This document shows, piece by piece, positions 1-13,559 of a DNA stretch of 64,000 bases. The stretch is from Syncephalis fuscata S228 (taxonomy: Eukaryota > Fungi > Zoopagomycota): contig JAHLTZ010000003.1 in assembly GCA_025786725.1 (NCBI GenBank), positions 914,863 through 978,862 of the forward strand. Direction: 5' to 3'. The notes under the pieces were generated by a model. It was not told the DNA's origin and made no database searches. It worked only from the letters and a program-made list of their open reading frames with translations. Numbering within the stretch: the first letter of the stretch is position 1; each line of letters opens with the position of its first letter. The position numbers and the translations under genes are program-made.

Positions 1-676
1 ATCAATTCAAAATAGTCGTTCCCTCCGGCCCATATTACGTATAAAGTGTTGTTGCGATTTTTGTCAATATTTGTATTAGTATTAGTGTCGGAGTTTAGTA
101 TGTTATTAAGATACAACTATAGAACAATATATATCTGTAATTATGCAGTAAAAAGCAGTATTTCATTGTTTAAACACACCTGATTCACTTGGTCTGTAAC
201 ACTTGGAATAATGTCTTTAGCCAGTGGTATGTTTGTTGGTAGGAGATTTTCGCTGGAGACGGCACCGCCAAATGCATAGTTTTCTATCTGCAAATCATCA
301 ACAAGTTCAGCTAGTCGATCGACCCAAATCGGGCCGTTACTAAATCGACCGGAAAAGTAGCAGTAATTAGGCGGGTAAAGACTTAGACTGCGACGGAAAA
401 AGTTGCCACTATCACTCATACTATCACCAAACACAACGATTCGTTTGGGAACGAGCCATTGGCGTCGCTCGTTCCTTTTTTTGCTCGAGAAATAGGCGTG
501 GTATTAAAGTAGGTGGTGGGCGACAGGATCGGCCATACAATAGTGCCATCGTTAGCTCCGTCAATCATAAGTCGCGAAATGATTTCCCGTTCATTGGTAA
601 GCTGAGGTCGGGCAGCCATTTGGTAGGCCGTAGCAGCGGTCCATACTAGCAATAGCGCCGCCCAGACTACTGCCAT
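1..676 (-). CDS. Secreted GDSL/SGNH lipase-esterase (runs off window start)
   Basis: Signal-like N-terminus MAVVWAALLLVWTAATA from ATG 676. Block I RIVVFGDSMSDSGN, block II GRFSNGPIW..NYAFGG. After an intron (~118-180) block III LYVIWAGGNDY. One frameshift at the 7-base homopolymer ~476-482 joins the two ORF-track pieces. Confidence 0.88.
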
Positions 677-1358
677 AGCTTGGCGGGCTATCCTATGGAT
701 GCGCCATTTAGAATTTGCTTTGAAAGCAATCAGCATCGCTTTTACTACAGAGCAATTAAACTTAAACTGTACTAGTGTGCGATAGCTTTATGCCAAATAC
801 GACAAAAATGGCAGCGTTTTAGGATGAACATCAAATGCAATAGCTGTATAGAAACTTAGTTTTGCATTCTTTAATTTCATGGCGTCATTTTCTTGGTTAC
901 CTAAATTAATTGCTAATCTAAATAGACAAGTGTTTACTTGCCGACCAGATTCGTTGTGGAGCTAATGCTTTGACAAAGCAACAATAGTTTTTATTTTAGG
1001 TTGGCAAGTAGCCATGACGTTAATTACATTAGTCCAAAGTGCATTCTTTTTATTTGCTTGTATTTTTGCTCCATTTAAATCTTGACTTTTGCCATAAAAA
1101 CATCGTGTGCTATTTAATTGTACCTATAAAAGCAATTACAATTGCTCGTAATTTCTAATACTTATACAAATTAAGTATAATCAAATTAACACAGCTTTAA
1201 CCAATCATCAATAACTAAATCCAATTTATTCAATTAATTAATGTAAACCTAAAAATAGTTCACTTTAATTGGTTCCATGCTGCATGCTTAGACTCCACAT
1301 GCATGTATAGCTACAGTAAAGATACAATGCCGCCACATAATAACTCATTTTCCCCACC

Positions 1359-2279
1359 ATGCGTATACTCCCACTTTTACTATCGCTTAGCGCAGTTGCG
1401 TATAAAGCACCATCAGCTTTTGCAAAAAAGCTTAATATGCGGGCATTTAATCGTATAGTTGTATTTGGTGACAGTATATCCGATACTGACAATTCACTTC
1501 GAATCACTGATGGCAGGTTCCCACCCGCTAGCATGTACGAAAACGGCCGTTACACCAATGGCAAAGTATGGGTTGAGTACTTGCAAGAGCAATATAACAT
1601 TATTTTAGAAAACTATGCTGTTGGTGGCTCAACAAGCAATAATACAGTAGTTCCAGGTATACTGCCAGTAATAGGCATGCTTATGCCAAGTGCATATGAG
1701 CAAGTCAAAAACTATTATATTCCTTCATTAAGCAAACGGCAAAATATAGTTACCGATGCCCTGCACATTGTTGAAACAGCCAACAACGACTATATCTACT
1801 CGGCTGGGCGTAATATGGCCTCCAATACGACATTAATTAATGGATCTGTCGATAGCATTATGAATACTATTGATTTGCTACGCTCCGCTGCCGGCGCACG
1901 TTCTTTCTTGGTACTTGGCGTAGGTGGACTCGAAAATATACCATATTTCCGGTCCCGCTCCCCTGCAGTCCAAGAATCCGCCAATCAGGCTACAACTAAA
2001 CACAACAGCCTACTTTACAATAGACTTTTAAAGTATCAAAAAATATATCCTAATATTGATATTTATTACTTCAATCTTAAAACATTTATGAACGAAGTAA
2101 TTACAAACGGCAAAAACTACGGCCTAAAGAATACCCAAAATGAATGCCTTATACTTTTCGGTATTCTTCGGTGCTTTAATCCAGAAGAGTACTTTTTTTG
2201 GGATATTGCTCATCCAACAACCACGATTCATAAATTGCTATTAGGCAAGCTGTTAGCGTCGACTCAAACTGTTTTATAG
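1359..2279 (+). CDS. Secreted GDSL/SGNH lipase-esterase, intronless
   Basis: 306-aa ORF with signal peptide, IVVFGDSISDT, GRYTNGKVW, NYAVGG, ANNDY and FFWDIAHPT (catalytic Ser-Asp-His). Confidence 0.95.
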   Translation: MRILPLLLSLSAVAYKAPSAFAKKLNMRAFNRIVVFGDSISDTDNSLRITDGRFPPASMYENGRYTNGKVWVEYLQEQYNIILENYAVGGSTSNNTVVPGILPVIGMLMPSAYEQVKNYYIPSLSKRQNIVTDALHIVETANNDYIYSAGRNMASNTTLINGSVDSIMNTIDLLRSAAGARSFLVLGVGGLENIPYFRSRSPAVQESANQATTKHNSLLYNRLLKYQKIYPNIDIYYFNLKTFMNEVITNGKNYGLKNTQNECLILFGILRCFNPEEYFFWDIAHPTTTIHKLLLGKLLASTQTVL

Positions 2280-2648
2280 ACAACAAAAACGAGTTTTGTC
2301 ATATAAACATAATACTTTATGGTATATATAAATTAATTGTAATCATTAATAAATTGCATTTATTTTATACCATCAGCATTGTATTTTGATCATTATCACA
2401 TAACTAAAAAAACTGATTTATTGGTACTGCTTTAAAAAAATAACAGCTATAGCCTTTGTGGAGACTTTAATGACACTGTCATGTAAAAATGTGGAAAATA
2501 AACTTGTCTGAAGCGCTGGAATATAAATCCAAAAAGGGAATCATTGAATGACAATCCATAAAGTGGAATTACCAAACGTGAACTGATAAATAAAGTCATT
2601 AAGCTGTAGTTTCGTAATATCTATCGTTAATTGTGCGCCAATTTGTAC

Positions 2649-5165
2649 TTAGGCACATAGGTCGCCATTACTGGTGCTGTAGTGTGTATGTGTTTTACTT
2701 GGCACCGAATTTACGTCATTAATGTGTTTTCTCTTATTTTTTCGGGATGATGATTCAAGACTAACTACTGGTGAAGGGCAACGAAATCCATCTTTAGGCT
2801 GTGGGGAAGGCTCGGTATTTAAGCTACGCTCGCTATACACGTACAATCTCGTACGGCATCAGGAGATGCTCGCAGATATGGAATGGGCGTTCCAGGCGTG
2901 CTAAGCTGATTGAGTGTATTTTCACTAAAATTGGTGCCATTGTCACAGCCATCTGAGTGATTAAACTTTAGTGCTAATGCCGCAAAACAATCATTATCTT
3001 TTTTTGGCCTATTATCTGAGAACTGATCAGCCACATTGGATGGCTTGCTAATACTGCATATAATAAATAGTTGTAATAATATCATTGATTAGACGTGTCA
3101 ACTAATTATTAAATTCATTTTCAGTTACATTAAACTGCTTACGCTACCTACCTCGTTTGTTCCGACGATTCAGTCTCGTCGTCAGTATCCCAGTCGTTAG
3201 ATGGAGCAACTTCGTACTCGTCGCATTCCTCAACCTCATCCTGCTTTGAATTTTTGTTTGATGAATTCAAGTTATCAACTTCCCCATGAGATTTTCTATT
3301 TTTTTTCCTGTAATCATATTAGTTCAAGTATTTTGTGAATAGCACAAATTGCTTACGATGTCATGCGATCTTCCTTTCGGATTCTAATGCGTGCGCCTTG
3401 ATCAGCAAGAGCTCGGGTCAGCTCGGTGGATTCTACAATTGCATTAGCCTAATTAAATATACGTACATCAATCAACTTACTAGACATGCCAGAGAAATCC
3501 TTGCCCAGATAAGCAATGAATTGATCGGTAGTGATTTGGGCAAGTTTTTTACACTTTCCACTACTAGATTACTTAATTAAATTACATTTTTCATTTATAT
3601 CTAATTCACTTACTCTTCTCTTTCTAAAAGAACAAATTTAAGACAATATTTGCCTTCAATTCGAATAGAAATATCGCCGAAAATAAAGAATGCTCGATCT
3701 AGAATGTGTAAATTAATGTCATACTTAATTATTATATTTAATAAAACTTTTTTTACTTACATTCTTCGTTTTTGTATTGCATACAAATGCTACTTTGAAC
3801 ACAATTTCCAGCAAGTGGATGCATACCATGTGCATAAGAAATAATTTTTTTTGTATCCACATCAATAAGATACGCTTGCACAAAAAGATGAGGATTATCA
3901 AGAAAAGTTCTAAGAAGCAAATGTGTTAATTACAATCAAGTTTCGTTGATTTAACACTTACTGATCATCTTTATTTTGCGGTTCGATATCCAAAATGGGT
4001 GGAGGATCAATGGGACGGCGATCAGCTAGTACAGACAAAATTAGCACAGTGATTACATAAATTTAATGCATTACAATGATACATACTTGTGTCTTTCAAA
4101 GCGTAAACGCGGGCTTGTTTAGGCTGCTGGCGTATTCTTAATTTATATCTAATAAAATGTACAACAATAAGCACGCCAATATATATTAAACAAAATTGAT
4201 AAAACTTACCCATTGGTAGATCCATCCTTAAACAGCCTTTTTTAGAAATAGCGCGATAGAACTTAAATGGAAACATGTTATAATGTTGTCGGCCATGACG
4301 TGATTGAACGCACGATTGTCCTTCAACAAGATGGCTTGAATGTTTGATTGCACATTGTAGGGAATTCTTGGAACAACTACATGGCACGGTTCTTCTACCG
4401 GTCGGCGTTGATTGCTGTGCAACTGTATTTTACGATGGTAATGCTCATCGTAATGCTGCCTTAGAGGATGACTAGCCACGGTATAAGTATGGTACATACC
4501 ATGCCTTTGCTCTCGTTTTACGCGTTTATAATTCGAATGAGAATCATATCTATCCTTGGCTTCCGAAAAGTATGAGCAACTGAATGTAATTGTCCTTGAC
4601 TGCTTTCAGCTGAATAATTAAACGAGTTCTTGTTGTAATGCGGTGCAAGATGTCCAATTGATTCTGGATAAATTACTGGCTGATACATTTGGTGATATGG
4701 TGGCGAGCGCACACCAGAAGGACTTACAGCCGGTTGGTTAATGACAACTAATGTTTGACCGGTAGGTGCTACATATGGTCGGTGTAGACGAGTATTCTGG
4801 GCTTCAGAATAAGAGCGCTGGCTAGATGACTGAGACCAGTAAGTGGGTGAATAATCACGTGGATTAGTAGGTGGATACTGCGACCGCTCGTGCTGAACAG
4901 TTGTAAACTGATGCTGTTCATAGGCTGAATTAAAGTGGGTAGCAGGATAGGCAGAGTGTGACAATTGGCCATGATGTTGGGAAGTGGGAGCTGCATCATG
5001 TGCATAGGAATTGATTGTACTTGGACCAGCATGGTAATAGAACACTTGATGATTTCTAGTATAAGAAGTGTCATGACTAGGTGCTTGACTTGCGTCACGC
5101 CCATTGTATTCAGATTCCTCGTGGTATGTATTCATACCAAAATAGTTCTCTCTGCGCTGTGCCAT
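2649..5165 (-). CDS. Velvet-domain transcription factor (VeA/VelB/VosA family), multi-exon
   Basis: Manually spliced exons: 4087-4148 YKLRIRQQPKQAR; 3962-4025 DRRPIDPPPILDI; 3761-3909 FLDNPHLFVQAYL..LAGNCVQS; 3614-3698 RAFFIFGDISIRIEGKYCLKFVL; 3481-3563 DQFIAYLGKDFSGMS; 3357-3432 STELTRALADQGARIRIRKE. All are bounded by GT..AG. N- and C-terminal exon limits are approximate and frameshifts are present. Confidence 0.9.
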
Positions 5166-8100
5166 TATTAAAAATCACAATGACTTGGCTTTTCTGCAAA
5201 ACATAAAAAATTACAATAATAGATTAATTTAAATATAGCACAAAGAAATGGCATTAAAGTGCAATCGTTTGTTCGTGTAATAACGTGTTTACATGTCTCT
5301 TTTTATGACGTTGACAAAGCTTTAGATAGTAAACACAAAGCGTAGGTACGCTACATAAAGTGTTATAAAACATATTTAGCAGCTAGCATTACGTAGCACC
5401 AATGAAAATGCCTATGTATATGGGAACCAGCCACCAATGATGGCAGTGTGTAATAACTGCACATTTGCTAGCAACTTACCAATTCTTTTTTAAAAATACT
5501 GACGGATCATGCACAAATGTGCTAGTACCAGGTTTGGCGCTGTACGGCTAAAACAGCTAAATACTACAACAAGTAAGTATCAACAGATAAGATAGTGTTT
5601 GGCGGTGAAATAAATGAATTGTGTAAGGTAATCGACGATTTAGATGATTTGAATATGAAGTAAAACACATTCGCCATTCAACGCACTCTATATTTATGCA
5701 TTTCACCAGTCACTACAATGAATAATAGAATAAATAACATTATCCTCTTGGCGTTTACTTGAACTGAAAGAGCTCCGCTCGTTTGTACTACAATCGAAAA
5801 ACATATGCTGGCGAACAAAGAGCATAAACTAAAGATGGTATAGACTAAGCGCCCATGCAACACAACAACGCCAATTATACACAAAGAGTCTGACACGCTA
5901 GGTGCAATATTATTGATTTATCCACGCAAGCGCCAAGGAAATATATAAATAATATAATCTATCTTTAAACAAAGAGTGGCTGCGCTATACGTATAACTAT
6001 TTGTGGTTAAAGATAGTAACGGACTATCTGATTAATCATATATAATAATACAACAACCAAACATTTAAACAATAAGCCCATCAAAAATGTAATTTGTTGT
6101 AATAGTAAAAATAAATCACTATATAATGAATAAAACGCATTATTTCTCGTCATAGCGATAGCCTTGGCTTGAGCTGCAATTATTGCGTTTGAAAGCTGCT
6201 TCTGCAGTCAAACGTACAACTTAAACACATTAATTGTAATGCTAAATGATGGGCCTGGCCACAACAATAGTGCTCCTTGTCAAGCCGGTATTAAAGTGCT
6301 TTCAAAGTGTTGTTCCAAATATATATGTGTGTGTTTATAAAGCAACCTACCGTAAAATGGTCTTATTAAGACTGCCTGAGTAAGTGGTGGTTCATACACG
6401 AATAATTGCGTAGAGTTGTGCACTTTTTTAGAATAATATTAAAATATAGGAAATTAAAAAGTACAATACTAATTTATATGGAAATAATAGGGGTGGAAGA
6501 GCGACAAAGACAGATAGTAGCTGAGGTATATGGGCGTATATGTGGATAAGTGGATGTTAAGTGTGTGCAGCGCGGTGCGTGCTGTGTGATAAAGAGATGC
6601 AACACAGCTGATCACGCTTGTAGAATACCATAGGCTCCCCCGTATTAGACGGCCACAATATCAAGAAAATAGCCAGTAGTGTTAAAGAGCCTGCATTTGC
6701 CAAATTTTCATCAATTGTGATCAATTGCTTTGTTCACATACCAGTTTGCCAAATATATCCACAGCTGTATGATGCTGTTGTATGATACTGCTGCAGGACA
6801 AAATAGATTTACCACTGTTTGCATATGGCTTCCCTGACACCAGCTATTCTCTCCGTAGTCGAAATGTGGTGGAAAAACACTGCAACAGCAACACGACAAA
6901 GAAACAAGGAATCTGTGTAGGTACGCACGCGGTTGAAATGTAAAACATATCAACTGGAATAGCACCCTTGGTTAGCAATAAAGTTTAATGTCAGTGCATA
7001 AGTTGGTATAGAACTGCCATAGGCGAATATGTGATACCATTAAATGGCCAATGACTATTGCTTCTTTGCAAATAGCCCATTGACTAGCTATTGCCAAGCA
7101 GGTCAAACCATAACATTAAATAAAGGCGATGTTTACTTCGACGTTCTGCTTTGTTCTGATTGTTGTATCACCATCTGTCCTGTGCATATCAAAGGTTGAA
7201 ACAGGACAAGTTTGAGTGGTAGAAATAAGAGTGTAAACCCATGTTACCTGGCAAATGACGATATACAATGGCATTTGTACAGTGCAATTGATCTGCACCT
7301 GACAACGACAATGGTTTTGCGTAACAATGCCTGAAATTGCCCAATTACTGCGTCTAAATCACAACGCGCCTATGTTCAGGGTACATTAAATGCTATTATT
7401 ATCAACAACGCCGCAAATTGTTTTTGAGGATTTATTTTGAAAATAAAACAATGAAATAAAGCTATTAATGGAACAAAGAATAGATTTACCAATCGTATTT
7501 TTACAACTCATCTAATGCATTAAGATAAAAAGGGACTATTTGCAGCCTGCTACTATATCCATCGCTACAAATAAAAATGTCAAAACAAAAATAGAAACAA
7601 GTTACATACCTTCATGTGCGACCTGCAGCTCGGCTTGCTCGTTTGCCATAATGGTTCGGGAAACATCAATTAACGCAATAACAATTCAGGTAGTAAAAAG
7701 ATTTACGTGTAGGCAACTATTGCGCCGCTTGCAATTTGTTTCAATTCCCCTTTTTATCGGACAAATATAGCAAATTAGCTGGTTACAGCTACCATTATAT
7801 ACCGCAAAAATCGAATATCCGTAATAATTTTGCATATCATTCTCTAGATGGCAATAATACGATCGATGTGAAAATCAGCCATCTGAAAGTGCCATACAAG
7901 GTGGAACCACGCACGGCAGCTAGAACCACATCCATTATTCCTTTGTGCATGCACTTGGTCAGCGGCTTTCAAAGGAAAATCCATTAATGGAAAACACAGT
8001 AGTGTAACGAAGATTCTATTTACCCACTGACACGTTTATTCGCACAAAAATGTGCATCAATTTTGGATATCTACTACCATGTAGGTTGGTCAATTAAAAA

Positions 8101-8550
8101 ATGCAAGCAATACAGGATAGTGGAAGCAGGCTGCAGCTTAGTACAAATTATACTGCAGGATAAATATGTATACTATTGGTTATCCATTCATTATGCTGTT
8201 GAATGCACGAAGCTGCATACGAGGCAGTCATTTCTTTGTTCTTTCTTGCACCCAATTGGACCTTTTGATGTCCAAATCGGAGTTTAAAATAATTGTCACA
8301 AATGTATGACCATTTGTAGTTGTGTGTAACGGACAAATAATGGATTACCATGGCTATTGCTACAAACGAACAATTTGCATGGTTTGAGTTCTGCAACAAA
8401 TGAATATATTGATTGTCGTAGTAATGGCACTGTTGATTAAAATTGTACACTATTGTCTTATTTCTATTAATATAACTAATAATAAACAATTTATTTAAAT
8501 GGATTGTTAATATCAAGTTTCGAATCATTATAGTATTCGTAAAACTGTTA

Positions 8551-10421
8551 CTAAGCCGGAAGGTGGAAAGAGGCTGGCATAGGTGGGCAGTCCTTGGGTG
8601 CTTCAAGATGTTCACTGAAACGATTCAAGAAAGACAGCACCACGCCGTTGGTCCATCCGAATCCTTCTTGCACTTCATACTCGCCACCAAGACCAGGAAT
8701 ACCCACTCGAGTAGCATCGTATTTTTCAAACAATGTACCCTCGTTCTTGCTGTTATTTTTGCCGTCACCTCCCGTGACAAACCAGCCGCAGTAGTTGGAG
8801 GAAATCCAGCGCTGTGCAATGTTCAACGCCAATGCAGCTCCCTCGGGTACACCGGTTTTGTTTAGGCCATAGACAACGAAATGCTCAAGGGGAGGCCAGG
8901 CATTTGGAAAGTCCCATTGCTCGCCGGATTTAACGAGTGATGTTGGTGCACCGCCCGGCAAGTCAACGGCCGGTTTAACTGAAGCAACCAAACGTGATGC
9001 CTCCTGTTTAGTAAAATGGCTTGGATCAGCGGCGCCAGACCAAAGTGGTACAATATTTGATGGATAGAATTTGGTGTTTTGCTGGTGACTAGTTAAGTTA
9101 AAATCATACCATTGCGCATCCTTTTCCGACCAAAAATAATCTTGAATGGCTTGCTGTCTGACCTTGGCCGCATTTTCATACCGTGCTTTAGTACGTTTAC
9201 AGCCAACACGTGCTGCAAAATCGGCAATGGCTTGTTCATTCATGTAAAGCAAACTGTTTAGTTCAACGGGCACCACTTGGTTAGTTGCGATACTTGGCAA
9301 CGAATGACCATCGGCAAACCAGCGTGTTGAATAGTCCCAGCCACTTTCAGCACCACTGGCCATGTTAGCAAAGTAGCTGGCCCGGCTTGATTCTGGTAAT
9401 TTTGCACCCATTTCTTTGTCTTCGCGCCATGATTCGGGTCGTGGCTGATCATTGGTGACCGAGTAAACAGCCAAACGAGCATTTGGTTTGCCTGGTGCTG
9501 ATACGGTCACTGTACGATTATGCATCCAAAAGTTATGTTCTTTTTTAAGAGCGGGAAGTGCTTTGCGCAAAAATTCCGTATCATTTGTGGCATCAAAGTA
9601 GAGTCGTACCATTTGAGTAAGTAGCGGTGGCTGCGATCGATTAAGGAAATAAATACCTATTGATTATTTCATATATTAATATCATGCTATCAGTGTTTGA
9701 ATTGTATTACTTACGAGCACCGTTGGGTACAAATCCGTATTCGTTAACATAATCCATGGCATTTTCAATCATGCCTTTGACTGTCTGGTTCATTCCACTG
9801 ATCAGCAGGCCTTCCATAGTAAAGTAAGAGTCCCAGTAATAAAATTCTCGGAATCTTCCACCTGGCACAACAAACGGATGTCGTGCTGGTAGGGCGGAAG
9901 AGGCGCAGCCTTTACAGATTGCCTCTTCATGAAAGACACGACCAAGCTTTTTCCATTTCTTATGAATGGCATGTGCAAAGTGGCGGAGATTTTCGTCTTT
10001 AATTTTGGTAAGGAAAGCGGGATTTTCTTGATAGTCGGTCAGATTGGCGGGTGCAATTTCAGCGCCAGGCGGTAAGAAATTGGCATCTACGAATGCCTTT
10101 ACTTGCTCTTTTGTTGGCTTTTCAGGCAATGCATCAAAGGCCGACAATACTTGAGCCAACGGTTTAGAAGTGGGCTGATCAACAAAATACTAGATATCCA
10201 TTAAAATAAGTAACTATGGCCAATTAGCTAAACTGTATAATACTAACCTTAGAATCCTTTTCTAGATGTGCCGACTGCACAACATCTAAAATCTTGCCTG
10301 GACAGTACAGTGGCACATCACATCCATTGTGATGTTCGGCACTGCTACCAACATGCCATGTACTGCTCAGTACAAGTGTGGCGGCCAATAAACCAGCGTT
10401 AATTCTGGATAGTAAAGGCAT
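8551..10421 (-). CDS. Secreted trehalase, glycoside hydrolase family 37
   Basis: Signal peptide MPLLSRINAGLLAATLVLSS, DSK-YFVD, PGGRFREFYYWDSY, YLNRSQPP-type motif, AESGWDYSTRW, QWDFPNAWPP, EYEVQEGFGWTNG. Two introns (~10192-10247, ~9657-9713). Confidence 0.96.
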
Positions 10422-11395
10422 AATTTGGATAGTATGTCGGTACAACTTAAAGTAAACTGTTTAAATGTTAATGATAAAATAAATAAGAATTAATTGAATT
10501 GAAGCTTCAGAACAAGACTAACTGAATAGCTTGCTGGCTGGGCAATCAACTAGTAAGGCGGCTGGTCGAGCGTTTAACAGTTCTGTTGGTACTTAATATA
10601 GATAAGCACGTGGATACGGCACTAGCACAGCCGTAGCAGTTATTTATATAGAAAAACGTATATGGTATAAAACGTAAAACTGTCCAAGCCAGCGTCGCTA
10701 GCAACAAAAACAAATGAAAAAGAAATAAATTGGTGGAAACTTGAGTATTCCAAAGTGCGCTGTCCTCGGCGCTTGCCTTTAAAAACATTAAATCGAGCAA
10801 GAAATGATGGACACGCGGTTACACGTGCAGCCATCCCATTACTCTTCAAAAAATGTGCCCCTAGTTGCCATTTCCGTAGTAAATGTGGAGAGAAAGCCGA
10901 GAAAATGGCCTTCATTTCTATGCACTAGCAAACCGGCTGAGTAACATGAATACTAATTAGGCGTGGAAAGAATTTGTTTTTTTTGGTTATAGTCGTCGTC
11001 TGACCAACTACTCAATAGAGCACAAATAACGTGAATATTTATTAGGATTGTCACGAGCATGGTGAGCAAAAGCGGCTAATTTAGCTGAATACAAGCCTTG
11101 GTTGCCAAAATCAATAGCAGAAATTAGATAGTATAAACACAAATTCAATGCAATTACTATGCAGGAAAATGAAGGAGCGAACATGAAACGGCGCTATGCT
11201 TATTGCATTTGTTTATGCACCACCGCGAAAATACCCAAAGTGTATCGACAAAATGTACTTTTAGATTAGGTACAGGATTGAACTCGATCCACATCAATCT
11301 TTTCTTCTCACAGCCAACTTTCTATAAACACTATTACTCTTTTTCCTTATACTCGTGCTTTCCAACGTCAATTCCGTCTTTATTTGTAACTGACT

Positions 11396-12466
11396 ATGGG
11401 AAACGACGGGGGATCTATTCCAAAGCGAAGCGAACTGGTTAAGGAGAAGAAGAAAGACCCCGTTGCCGATGCTCGTATACAAACCATTGCGCGCTGGTTC
11501 TACTGTGCACTTTCCAAGGTAAGCCTTTTTGTGAAAATATATGGAGATGGCTGCTAAGTCTTGTACAGACACCGCTACAGACGCCTGTCGTGGCCGATCT
11601 ACTAGGAAAACTGTACAATCGAGAAGCCATTTTGGAATTACTGCTAGATCGCAGTCGCTATGGAGATGCTGATGTCATCTGCCCTCATGTCAAATCGCTA
11701 AAAGATGTAGTCACTTTAAAGCTGACTCCAGTTCCTACAGCGATCGAAAAGCCTAGCGAACGTTCAAATAACACGGGGCATAAGAATGGTAACGATCAGA
11801 CAAGCCACAATGGCAACACAAATGGAGCAACAGTTATGGGTTCAGATGAAACCATGCCACAGGCACTATTTGCCTGCCCCATCACCAAACGAGAAATGAA
11901 CGGGCGGCATCGATTTGTATTCTCGCGTCAATGCGGCTGCGTCGTCAGCGACCAAGCAGTTCGCGAGATTGGCGAATCCACTTGTCTCGTGGTAAGCTAG
12001 TTTGTAGTTTTTATTTATTTAATTAATTGCAACTGTTACATCATCTAGTGCAACAAACCAACTACCATGAAAGATTACATTCCAATTAATCCAGACCCAG
12101 AGCAACTAGCCAAACTAAAGGCGGCATTGGAGAGTAGAAAGAAAGAAAAGGTAAGCGAGCTACCAATGATATAGGCCTTAATGATATTTAATATTAATAT
12201 GTAACCAATGCTAGAAAACAAAGCGAAAGAAGGGCCGTGATGCCAACTCAGATATACCTGAAAAACGATCTCGTACAGATGCATCGTCTACAATACGCAT
12301 GTCAAGCAAAATAACGAACATCATTGAACAGCATCGTTCCACTACAGCACATCAACGAGATATGTCCAAAGCGGTTAAGGAATTGTTTACGAGTTCTAAA
12401 AAGGACGCATCCTCCAACAGTAACAACGATCGCTTTTTCCATGGCACTTTTACTCGATACGCTTAG
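11396..12466 (+). CDS. RTF2: Replication termination factor 2 (Rtf2), multi-exon
   Basis: Diagnostic N-terminus MGNDGGSIPKRSELVK, CALS, GKLYNREAILELLL, HVKSLKDVVTLKL, CPITKREMNGRHRF..CGCV; GT-AG introns. Confidence 0.93.
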
Positions 12467-12559
12467 AATTGATTATTACTTGTACTTGTGATTAAACTGT
12501 GATATTATACTGATTATGTGTTAATACAATATGAGTATTTATATATATACTAAATATTT

Positions 12560-13445
12560 AATGTGATTTGGTGCTAAATGACAACTCAATAATATTTGTA
12601 CAATTGAACTAGGTAGTCGTTTTATTGAACATGGAACTGGGTAGTGAGCGATATCGAAATTTAAAATACTTATAGATTTATTATGAGTATGCATATATCC
12701 AGTATGCATATATCCATCTTTTACCTATATCATCCCCGTTCTATTCCACATAAATATATATTATTCTATGAAATACTAGACACATTTTATTGTTTATATG
12801 CGGCAATATACTTTGCTCATTCCACTCACTCCACTATACACACTGTAGCTTTGACATGGTTTCATATGCTTTGTTACCGTACACTTATCATTCTATATAT
12901 CATTTATACTCATCTAGTCCTCCTCTATCCAAATCTGATTTTATTTTTGTTCTAGCTTTATTATTAATAAATATCGACTAATTCCGCTCATTGATCATGC
13001 ATATATGCTATTAACTTTAATATTGCTAATCTCGTTTAATATTGCATATTCATTATAATGTTTATCATATTATTATATATTGGCCATACGCTGTCTATAG
13101 CTGTTGTCGGTATAATTCCAACTCTTTTATTAATGAAAATTGACATATCGCACTTAGTTTGTTCACTGAGTTATATTGATAGAACAAATAATATGGATAT
13201 GAACGGTTATGTTTTATTAAGATTATTTATAAATAAACTAGATCATGCCAATTAGTCATGATTTTAATGTCAATCGAGCAAAGTGACGGGTATACATAGT
13301 AATAACACTTATTGTATTGATATATGCATACTAGATAATGAATCTACAATAATGAGTATTTGATGATTGATGTCACTCACTAACTACTATCATGTTCAAT
13401 AGACTTAATATTATTAAATGTTAGTCATTTGATTGCCACTATTAC
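12560..13445 (+). mobile_element. Repeat family A copy 1: non-autonomous long-TIR (MITE/foldback-like) element
   Basis: Left arm TATTGAACATG..GTGAGCGATATC..ATGCATATATC and its reverse complement at the right end. Interior ~12975-13320 is essentially identical to ~33805-34150. Boundaries approximate. Confidence 0.85.
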
Positions 13446-13559
13446 AAACGCCATGCTATTATTATAATCATGTATTAATAAGTACAACATAGTTATTTAT
13501 ATACTAATAAACACATTATGACTAACACTATTATTTTATATATTTAATTTAATCATATT

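Noticed and set aside
6600-7330. Slightly GC-richer stretch that might be a decayed gene
   Set aside because: Frames are interrupted and I recognise no motif; needs blastx.
12683-13255. Short hydrophobic ORFs here and at 33459-34082, 37788-38339, 42106-42411 and 58661-58897
   Set aside because: They lie inside repeat family A; frames are inconsistent among copies and no transposase motifs are present.
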